Of a stretch of DNA of 13,792 bases, positions 1 to 5,677 are shown in pieces. Numbering within the stretch: position 1 is the stretch's first letter; each line of letters starts with the position of its first letter. This DNA comes from a virus, in UHGV virus genome UHGV-1763989. One strand, 5' to 3'. Under the pieces are notes generated by a model. It was not told the origin of the DNA, searched no databases, and worked only from the letters and a program-made list of their open reading frames with translations. The translations under genes and the position numbers were made by a program.

Positions 1-72
1 AAGCGGATAACGTTCATAGAATTTATTAATCAAAAGTGCTTGATCGAATTTTGTTGCGTCATGATTCTTCAT
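1..72 (-). CDS. Partial CDS (N-terminus only; continues beyond left edge), hypothetical protein
   Basis: ATG at 72..70 preceded by GGGAGG 8 nt upstream; frame stays open to position 1 (MKNHDATKFDQALLINKFYERYPL...). Not in ORF track because it runs off the window. Confidence 0.4.
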   Translation of the reverse strand, partial: MKNHDATKFDQALLINKFYERYPL

Positions 73-111
73 CCGTACACCTCCCGGAAAACGTGCGCCA
101 CATAGAGCGCA

Positions 112-318
112 CTAATGATTAGCCAGGCTTTCGAACTGGCGGTTAGTCGTATCAAAATCGTCTACTATTTTGTCCAGTATCCCGTAAGAATGAGAAACCA
201 GCGAGTTAAATTCATCATCACTGGTTACCGGTACAGGGACAAATCTAATCCCGGCATGTGCAAGACTGTTTGCCATTTCAAGACATTTGCGTATTTCTGC
301 AGGCGATACTTTATTCAT
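112..318 (-). CDS. Hypothetical small protein (68 aa)
   Basis: ATG at 318..316 with GGAGG 8 nt upstream; same strand and tight packing as neighbours. No recognisable motif. Confidence 0.55.
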   Translation of the reverse strand: MNKVSPAEIRKCLEMANSLAHAGIRFVPVPVTSDDEFNSLVSHSYGILDKIVDDFDTTNRQFESLANH

Positions 319-544
319 GTGTTAGTTCCTCCGGGTAACGTTTCAAAAAATTGGTGTAACCACAATATACGACAGGACCGTCATCACCGTATCTGAACAT
401 AACCTTAAAACCACGACCTGCTCTGTAGACGTTGAGCACTTTTACAAATACCTGTGGTTTATTTACATCACGACAAAACCTTTTATTAATCAGGTCCGCG
501 CGTAGTTTACACAGTAAGTTATCTACACTCATCGCCACCACCAT
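311..544 (-). CDS. Hypothetical small protein (about 73-77 aa; start uncertain)
   Basis: ORF-track start at 553 is a TTG; first ATGs are at 544 and 532. Stop overlaps next gene start (311-318). No recognisable motif. Confidence 0.45.
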   Translation of the reverse strand: MVVAMSVDNLLCKLRADLINKRFCRDVNKPQVFVKVLNVYRAGRGFKVMFRYGDDGPVVYCGYTNFLKRYPEELTHE

Positions 545-668
545 TCGAAACAAAGACGACCGATCCAGAATGCGCGGTACGGCCCGTCATACCACAGTTT
601 GAAATAACCCCACTTACTGTAACTGTTCCAGCTTACGGCGAACCAGTACCCGGCACATTTTAGTTTCA

Positions 669-839
669 TTACGGGTTTTCCTTAATATACTTAGCCAGTT
701 TTTCACCTTTATTCAATTTCTGAATTAAAAGCGTATCAGATAAAGAACATGGTGGATTAACCACTATCCAGTTATTTTCAACAGTAATTTGATGACCAGC
801 AGCACGTAAACGTTTAACCAGTTGTTCTATTTCTTTCAT
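669..839 (-). CDS. Unlisted small ORF (56 aa), hypothetical
   Basis: Hand-translated: ATG 839..837, GGGAGA 10 nt upstream, 2 nt after the stop of the HD gene; MKEIEQLVKRLRAAGHQITVENNWIVVNPPCSLSDTLLIQKLNKGEKLAKYIKENP. Below the 60-aa track threshold. Confidence 0.4.
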   Translation of the reverse strand: MKEIEQLVKRLRAAGHQITVENNWIVVNPPCSLSDTLLIQKLNKGEKLAKYIKENP

Positions 840-841
840 AA

Positions 842-1459
842 TCACAGATCTCCCATCGCTTTAACCAGTGCGTCGTAGTGTTTGTCAAACGCGGTTAACT
901 GGACGTTCGTTAGTTTGTATTTGGCTTTAAACAATTCACGCTCAACAAGCGCGTATAACTCCTGATTACTGGCGTCTGACAGGTGAGCAAGCATGAGTTG
1001 TTTTTCAGCCAGGTATGTTACAGCAAACTTCGGATCGTGTCGGACAATTGAAGAGGTGTTATCCAGCAGATCACACAGTTTTATAGTTTTCACCACAGGT
1101 TCAGCCCGTGATAAATGGTCGATATCCCGTGCTTTACGCTTAACACGGTTGCCGTGGTGTGGACGACTCACATCAGTAAGCTGATCAACATAACGTGCCA
1201 CAGTCTCACCGAACTGCGAACACACATCACCCACGGTCACGGGCGTATCTTCAACGACGTCATGCAGCCAGGCAGCGGTAACCATATCCGGCGTACCACC
1301 ATAGCGTTTAACCAGTTCAGCAACGTTCCGGCAGTGGTTCACATATGGGTCGTTGGTGTACTTACGAAGTTGATCACCGTGTGCTGCTGTTGCGAATTGT
1401 TCAGGTGTCATCATAGTTTTTGATAGTGGTGAAAAACCAAGTTGAAGTTTAGTGCTCAT
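842..1459 (-). CDS. HD-domain phosphohydrolase, RelA/SpoT (Mesh1/small alarmone hydrolase)-like
   Basis: Motifs AAHGDQ ... DPYVNHCRNVA ... AAWLHDVVEDT ... FGETVARYV match the SpoT/RelA hydrolase HD signature. Track start 1465 is TTG; first ATG is 1459, 2 nt after upstream stop, AAAAGGG upstream. Confidence 0.8.
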   Translation of the reverse strand: MSTKLQLGFSPLSKTMMTPEQFATAAHGDQLRKYTNDPYVNHCRNVAELVKRYGGTPDMVTAAWLHDVVEDTPVTVGDVCSQFGETVARYVDQLTDVSRPHHGNRVKRKARDIDHLSRAEPVVKTIKLCDLLDNTSSIVRHDPKFAVTYLAEKQLMLAHLSDASNQELYALVERELFKAKYKLTNVQLTAFDKHYDALVKAMGDL

Positions 1460-1461
1460 AT

Positions 1462-1725
1462 TCAATACCCTTTTAATTTTCTACACTCAGGACAGCGCCA
1501 TCTACCTTTTTGATAAACTCGCGCATGACCACGTTTACATTTATTGGTTACCAGTGATATACCGAGACGTGACGCTTTAATGTGCACCGCTTCAACGTCC
1601 CGGCGAAGGTAATACGCTATTTCGTCCGCACTGATCTTTCCTGCATTAATTTTTAATAACGCCAGATCTCGTGCGGACCATTTCAAACCGTTACGAGGGA
1701 ACCTGTTAGTCGAATACTCATACAC
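1462..1725 (-). CDS. Small HTH DNA-binding protein with C-terminal zinc-ribbon-like Cys/His cluster (start uncertain)
   Basis: WSARDLALLKINAGKISADEIAYYLRRDVEAVHIKASRLGI resembles GcrA/sigma-70 region-4-type HTH; C-terminus CKRGH...CPEC. Track start 1857 is GTG and overlaps the upstream gene by 140 nt; GTG at 1725 has AAAAGG 7 nt upstream, ATG at 1797 is the alternative. Confidence 0.55.
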   Translation of the reverse strand: MYEYSTNRFPRNGLKWSARDLALLKINAGKISADEIAYYLRRDVEAVHIKASRLGISLVTNKCKRGHARVYQKGRWRCPECRKLKGY

Positions 1726-2206
1726 GAACACACCTTTTACGAAGCTGTATGGCGCGATTATTGGCCTGCTGGAGAACCATCTTCCATCCCACAACATCGT
1801 GCATATCAGATGAGCACGACTGATTGGAGAATTTGACCAACATTGTTTCAGCCACACCAGCTAAACTATCAAGTTCGCTGGCCCGTACTTCAGCCAGGAA
1901 AGAGTCGGTGGCTGGAGTTTCAGTGAGCTCACTAACCCAGTCGGGTCCAAATTCTTCTGCGCACATCTTATCGAACTCACGCTCAGATTCTTTCAGCTTT
2001 GCATTCTCCGCCGCCAGAGCCGCGCACTTGGCCTCAAGGTTATCAATCGTGATTCCAGCAGAACGACACTCCCGCAACGCCGTTTCTAGTTTTGATTCAA
2101 GTTCAGCAAATTTACGCGCCAGATATTCAGCGTTTGTTTCGTTAACTTTCAGGTCGCCCGGAATACATTTACCACGAAGAAAACCTTCCATTTCATATAC
2201 AGTCAT
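1718..2206 (-). CDS. Hypothetical protein, predicted coiled-coil (162 aa)
   Basis: ATG start verified; heptad-like Ala/Leu/Glu/Lys-rich segment (AELESKLETALRE...LEAKCAALAAENAKLKESEREF). No catalytic motif recognised. Confidence 0.6.
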   Translation of the reverse strand: MTVYEMEGFLRGKCIPGDLKVNETNAEYLARKFAELESKLETALRECRSAGITIDNLEAKCAALAAENAKLKESEREFDKMCAEEFGPDWVSELTETPATDSFLAEVRASELDSLAGVAETMLVKFSNQSCSSDMHDVVGWKMVLQQANNRAIQLRKRCVRV

Positions 2207-2431
2207 TTAACGCACCTCGACATCAATTATTAAATCTTCTGGTACTGTCACCACAACGCGGTCGTTTTCGCAAAATGGTGACAGCGGTTCCTCTTCCGGT
2301 TGTAAGCGAATGGTAAGTGTTGCCCCGTGGTAATTGATATAGCGTACCCAATACCAATCGTTAAACACTTCAATCTTGTCACCCGGTTTAATATCACGGG
2401 CAACGGTTGGATTTATCAGTCGGATAGTCAT
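2207..2431 (-). CDS. Hypothetical protein (74 aa)
   Basis: ATG start; ATGA overlap with upstream gene stop; same strand, dense packing. Confidence 0.55.
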   Translation of the reverse strand: MTIRLINPTVARDIKPGDKIEVFNDWYWVRYINYHGATLTIRLQPEEEPLSPFCENDRVVVTVPEDLIIDVEVR

Positions 2432-2724
2432 ACTTTCACCTCACGGTTAGAACAGCCACGTTCAATCATCCAATCCTGAACAGGAAAGCGACTACCGAAT
2501 ACTTTTGTTTCTTTATCGTCACAGAAACGCCAGTTTTCCGCTTCAGGCCAGTTTAATTTAACATGGTGTTCTGCCTGTTTTTGATCATCAACATCGACCA
2601 AAGCAACAAGCGTTGCACCTTTTTCAACATGTCCTGTACACCACCACGCGAGAATCTTTTCAGTAGGCGGGTAATTGATCGGACGATAATCATCGGTTGG
2701 TTGATACCAAGAGATCCATTTCAT
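2428..2724 (-). CDS. Hypothetical protein (98 aa)
   Basis: ATG at 2724; TGATG overlap with upstream gene stop. No motif recognised with confidence. Confidence 0.6.
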   Translation of the reverse strand: MKWISWYQPTDDYRPINYPPTEKILAWWCTGHVEKGATLVALVDVDDQKQAEHHVKLNWPEAENWRFCDDKETKVFGSRFPVQDWMIERGCSNREVKV

Positions 2725-2924
2725 CAGAACACCTTTTTAATTAATTGATAGATCAGTACAAGAATCGACAGTACCAAGTAAAAAGGCCAGAAGATCGTGA
2801 TTAGCACAAAACAAATTATTTGAATTTTCCAACCCGGGTTAATTCGTGTTAATTTTGCATCAATGTAATCTAATAATGCATTCAGAACACCCAGTATCAG
2901 ATACAATGACAATAATTTAATCAT
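2724..2924 (-). CDS. Small hydrophobic membrane protein (66 aa, two predicted TM segments)
   Basis: Sequence is almost entirely hydrophobic (LLSLYLILGVLNALL ... IICFVLITIFWPFYLVLSILVLIYQLI); ATG start, coupled to neighbours. Confidence 0.6.
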   Translation of the reverse strand: MIKLLSLYLILGVLNALLDYIDAKLTRINPGWKIQIICFVLITIFWPFYLVLSILVLIYQLIKKVF

Positions 2925-3085
2925 TTCTTTTTACTCCCGGTTAGTTTAGCAATCCAACGATTTTCATTAACGCTGGGAAAACTGTTATTGAACTTACACT
3001 GACGTTCTTCTTCTTCTTTTGTCAACGGTTTAAATTTAGAACGACAGGTCAATGTACCGTAAATTGATGTTAAGTTGTCTGACAT
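2921..3085 (-). CDS. Unlisted small ORF (54 aa), hypothetical
   Basis: Hand-translated: ATG 3085..3083 with AAAGGAG 9 nt upstream; stop TGA overlaps next ATG (ATGA at 2924..2921); MSDNLTSIYGTLTCRSKFKPLTKEEEERQCKFNNSFPSVNENRWIAKLTGSKKK. Confidence 0.45.
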   Translation of the reverse strand: MSDNLTSIYGTLTCRSKFKPLTKEEEERQCKFNNSFPSVNENRWIAKLTGSKKK

Positions 3086-3088
3086 AAA

Positions 3089-3277
3089 CTAGTCTCCTTT
3101 AGTGCGCAGGTGGTTTTTCCAGCGGTTTTGCGCCGCGCTGGGCTTTTTGCAAAAACCACAATCCATCATCCCGTAATATTTTATTAACCCCATTCGTCGG
3201 TTGCTGAGTCTCACCCACTGCCAGACGCCGGGACCGTTTCTACGAACTAACAGAATCTTTGCTTTACGGTTTTTCAT
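3089..3277 (-). CDS. Small basic protein (62 aa), hypothetical
   Basis: ATG start; 4-nt overlap with ParB-like gene stop; Arg/Lys-rich. Confidence 0.5.
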   Translation of the reverse strand: MKNRKAKILLVRRNGPGVWQWVRLSNRRMGLIKYYGMMDCGFCKKPSAAQNRWKNHLRTKGD

Positions 3278-4041
3278 AACCGGTGCTCCTTCAGTGCTTT
3301 TAACGCTTCAAACTGTTCAGCAGTAAGTTCAACCAGGACTTTACCACCTTCCTGGCGGGTTGCAGACCATTCACCACGGATTGCTTCCACTGCAGACCGT
3401 ACCAGTTTAGCGGGTGGACGACGCGTGACTACAGGTTCTTTATCACCTGCTTTAAACTGGCGAATGGCTGCTGATGCGCTGATTTCACCATTCTGGATCC
3501 GGCGTTTAAGTTCCAGCGGCATATCAAGAATATTCAGTTGTTCGTAAACGTGCTGAACGGTTTTACCGACCTGTGTAGCGATCTGCTCAACACTCATGCC
3601 ATATGAACGGAAACGACCGTAAATAACAGCACGTTCAACAGGGGACCACGGTTTACCTTCATTACCTTTTAACAGTGTCAGGGTCTGTTGTAGTTCGTCA
3701 CCGGACGATTCAACAACATCTACTGTCAGAATCGGCGTCCCGGCTTCAATAGCTGCCAATACGCCACGTAAACGATGCTCACCATCCTGGACATACGGAA
3801 CACCGTCAACAACCTGTACCACGATGGGTGGAACGAAATCGCCGTTGGTATAAGCCTGACGAAAGTTTTCAATGTGTGCCAGTGCTGCTTCAGTTTCCCA
3901 GTAGTTGTCGGTAAACACACCGCGTGGGTTATGTCCTGGACGAATCTTGATAATACGCGGATCAATGCGATATGCGTTACCACGTTTTACGTTGGTTTTA
4001 TCGGTATCAGACAGCTTGCGAAGGGAGTTAATGTTAGCCAT
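3274..4041 (-). CDS. ParB-like N-terminal domain protein with HTH
   Basis: ParB-box-like IRPGHNPRG and VQDGEHRLRG (cf. GERRxRA), followed by HTH-like MSVEQIATQVGKTVQHVYEQL. ATG at 4041; own promoter upstream. Confidence 0.8.
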   Translation of the reverse strand: MANINSLRKLSDTDKTNVKRGNAYRIDPRIIKIRPGHNPRGVFTDNYWETEAALAHIENFRQAYTNGDFVPPIVVQVVDGVPYVQDGEHRLRGVLAAIEAGTPILTVDVVESSGDELQQTLTLLKGNEGKPWSPVERAVIYGRFRSYGMSVEQIATQVGKTVQHVYEQLNILDMPLELKRRIQNGEISASAAIRQFKAGDKEPVVTRRPPAKLVRSAVEAIRGEWSATRQEGGKVLVELTAEQFEALKALKEHRL

Positions 4042-4047
4042 TTGTGT

Positions 4048-4076
4048 TTAGCCTCATGTGTGTTAACTGAGGCTAA
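4048..4076. promoter_or_regulatory. Perfect 9-bp inverted repeat (TTAGCCTCA-N11-TGAGGCTAA), candidate operator
   Basis: Arms 4048-4056 and 4068-4076 are exact reverse complements; lies between the predicted -10 and the ParB-like start codon and covers its GAGG ribosome-binding site. Confidence 0.5.
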
Positions 4077-4115
4077 TTATCGGGGAGGTTTGGTAATCTG
4101 TCAAGAATTATTTTA
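4076..4115 (-). promoter_or_regulatory. Sigma70-like promoter with A/T-rich upstream element (internal promoter for ParB-like gene)
   Basis: Minus strand AAAATAATTCTTGACAGATTAC: -35 TTGACA (4104..4099), 17-nt spacer, -10 GATAAT (4081..4076). The 22-nt element is identical to the copy at 11014-11035. Confidence 0.6.
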
Positions 4116-4508
4116 AGGATATGGAACCCACACAGTTAAACCAGCTTTCAACATGCGACGATGCATATCAGCAGTACCACGCCCACCGGGGAACACAACA
4201 CCGTATGTAGGACGTGGCTCACCCTCTAACATCGCCTGATTACGTTGATGACCTGCAACAGCGTTATAAGCCCCGTGCTTACCCTGTTTTACAACCGCAC
4301 CAGGTACAGTCAGATCGTCCCACGCTGCCGGGCAACTACGCACAGGAATACCGTGTAATTGCGCCCATTGCTTACACAGGTTATCAACACCTGACGCACC
4401 ACCTTCAATTAGTTCGGTAACCGGAAATTGTTTGTGAAGTAGTCCTAACGCGGAAAACACTGCTGTTCTGTCGTTAAAGTCACGACCACCTGTGACGACA
4501 ATTATCAT
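4113..4508 (-). CDS. DUF2493-like protein (SLOG/LOG-like Rossmann fold)
   Basis: IIVVTGGRDF ... EGGASGVDNL ... GIPV ... VVFPGGRGTADM matches the DUF2493/SLOG pattern (GGR near N-terminus, PGGxGT near C-terminus). ATG start; ATGA overlap with next gene. Confidence 0.75.
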   Translation of the reverse strand: MIIVVTGGRDFNDRTAVFSALGLLHKQFPVTELIEGGASGVDNLCKQWAQLHGIPVRSCPAAWDDLTVPGAVVKQGKHGAYNAVAGHQRNQAMLEGEPRPTYGVVFPGGRGTADMHRRMLKAGLTVWVPYP

Positions 4509-5185
4509 TGTTTATTAGCCTCAAATACAGCGCGAGCAAAACCACGCGGGGTTAATGAACGTAACTGTTTAGTTGTTTCAGACTTACCACCCAGATATTT
4601 CCAGCCCCAGAAGAAACCAATATTAATCGGTCCAGGACGTTTTTCAGGCATTCTGAAACCGTTACCGAACCACAGACATGTTTTCTTCGTGTATCCGTCA
4701 AACATCGGCATTTTAGGGTGAAAAGGTTTATCATCTGTTGTCATATAACCGCCATATTCCCACGGATGAAAATAAGCGTCAGGTGTCCCCATCATTTCAG
4801 GACGTGATAAAGCACCGACAGGGTTTTCGACCATCCAGGGTACATCATAACGTTCTCCAAGTTCCCGGATTAGTTTTGCGTTTGCCAGTGCATACTGTAG
4901 TTCAGCGTCATCCCGGTCATGTTGTGAACCGCTTTGAGCAAACAGGGTGCAATCCGGGAAACCAAAAATAATCGACGGTAAAGGTGTTCCCAGTATTTCC
5001 TGCTTAATTGCAAATTGTGGGTCAATCCACTGATTAACGTAATGAAGATTGGGGTGATCAGCTTTAATAAAATATTCCCCGTGATTAGCGGAATCAGCAT
5101 TAAAACAATAAACCTGATAACCATGTATCGCCCACGGTAAACCCATAATCCCGGAACCGTCGAACAATGACCAGACAATTTTCAT
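4505..5185 (-). CDS. DNA (cytosine-5)-methyltransferase-like protein, atypical and short (226 aa)
   Basis: SLFDGSG (motif I-like, res 6-12), FGFPDCTLFAQSG (motif IV-like, PDCT in place of PCQ, res 77-80), MVENPVG (motif VI-like ENV, res 120-122); spacing parallels M.HhaI-type enzymes, but no obvious target-recognition domain. Confidence 0.65.
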   Translation of the reverse strand: MKIVWSLFDGSGIMGLPWAIHGYQVYCFNADSANHGEYFIKADHPNLHYVNQWIDPQFAIKQEILGTPLPSIIFGFPDCTLFAQSGSQHDRDDAELQYALANAKLIRELGERYDVPWMVENPVGALSRPEMMGTPDAYFHPWEYGGYMTTDDKPFHPKMPMFDGYTKKTCLWFGNGFRMPEKRPGPINIGFFWGWKYLGGKSETTKQLRSLTPRGFARAVFEANKQ

Positions 5186-5397
5186 CCTTCTGTCTCCTCG
5201 ACGATCCTCGTGATTTTAACCGGCGCGATTGTTACTTTTCTGCAATTGAAACCTTGATCACGAAGTGCTTTAAGTGCAACACCAGCCATGTAAGTTGAAC
5301 TGAACAGAGTAGCTTCACTGATATCAACCCAGGTAATCCGGGTATCAATATGTGCATAACGGTCTTCTTTTTTGATTACAGCACCGAATTCAGTCAT
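5182..5397 (-). CDS. Hypothetical protein (71 aa)
   Basis: ATG start; 4-nt overlap with downstream gene; no motif recognised. Confidence 0.5.
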   Translation of the reverse strand: MTEFGAVIKKEDRYAHIDTRITWVDISEATLFSSTYMAGVALKALRDQGFNCRKVTIAPVKITRIVEETEG

Positions 5398-5587
5398 GAT
5401 CGTTTTTCACTCCCCACATGCAAGCACCAATTGATGCAGCAGCCGCTAATAATCCAAGACCCGCCAGAAACCACCACGGTGTTTCCGCATGATTACCACG
5501 GGTCATTAGTCCGACAATACAAGACGCGAGTGTTACGGATACAAGAAATACAATAACAGTAATTAAACGGTCAAATATGTTTTTCAT
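5390..5587 (-). CDS. Small membrane protein (65 aa, two predicted TM segments)
   Basis: Track ORF starts at a GTG (5632); internal ATG at 5587 has AAGGAG 7 nt upstream. MKNIFDRLITVIVFLVSVTLASCIVGLM ... WWFLAGLGLLAAAASIGACMWGV is strongly hydrophobic. Confidence 0.6.
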   Translation of the reverse strand: MKNIFDRLITVIVFLVSVTLASCIVGLMTRGNHAETPWWFLAGLGLLAAAASIGACMWGVKNDHD

Positions 5588-5618
5588 AACAATCACTCCT
5601 TGTTCACTTGATGTACAG

Positions 5619-5660
5619 ACTATAGCGCACACATCTGTAATTCGTCAAGAATTATTTTAC
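5619..5660 (-). promoter_or_regulatory. Sigma70-like promoter with A/T-rich upstream element (drives small membrane protein gene)
   Basis: Minus strand AAAATAATTCTTGACGAATTAC: -35 TTGACG (5648..5643), 18-nt spacer, -10 TATAGT (5624..5619); in the 90-bp gap after the primase gene. Confidence 0.6.
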
Positions 5661-5677
5661 ACATCCTTGTGCAATGA

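Noticed and set aside
311-553. Using 553 as the start of the ORF
   Set aside because: The codon at 553 is TTG with no ribosome-binding site; the first ATGs are at 544 and 532. Start set to the first ATG, with 532 as an alternative.
4062-4067. GTTAAC palindrome inside the spacer of the 9-bp inverted repeat
   Set aside because: A 6-bp palindrome is expected by chance; it only shows the spacer is not itself symmetric with the arms.
5588-5632. N-terminal 15 residues of the track ORF 5390..5632
   Set aside because: The track start is a GTG that lies inside the predicted promoter; ATG 5587 has a consensus AAGGAG site and gives a clean two-helix membrane protein.
5616-5637. 5-bp inverted repeat ACAGA...TCTGT near the 5619-5660 promoter
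   Set aside because: Arms too short and loop too long to distinguish from chance; not a convincing operator or terminator.
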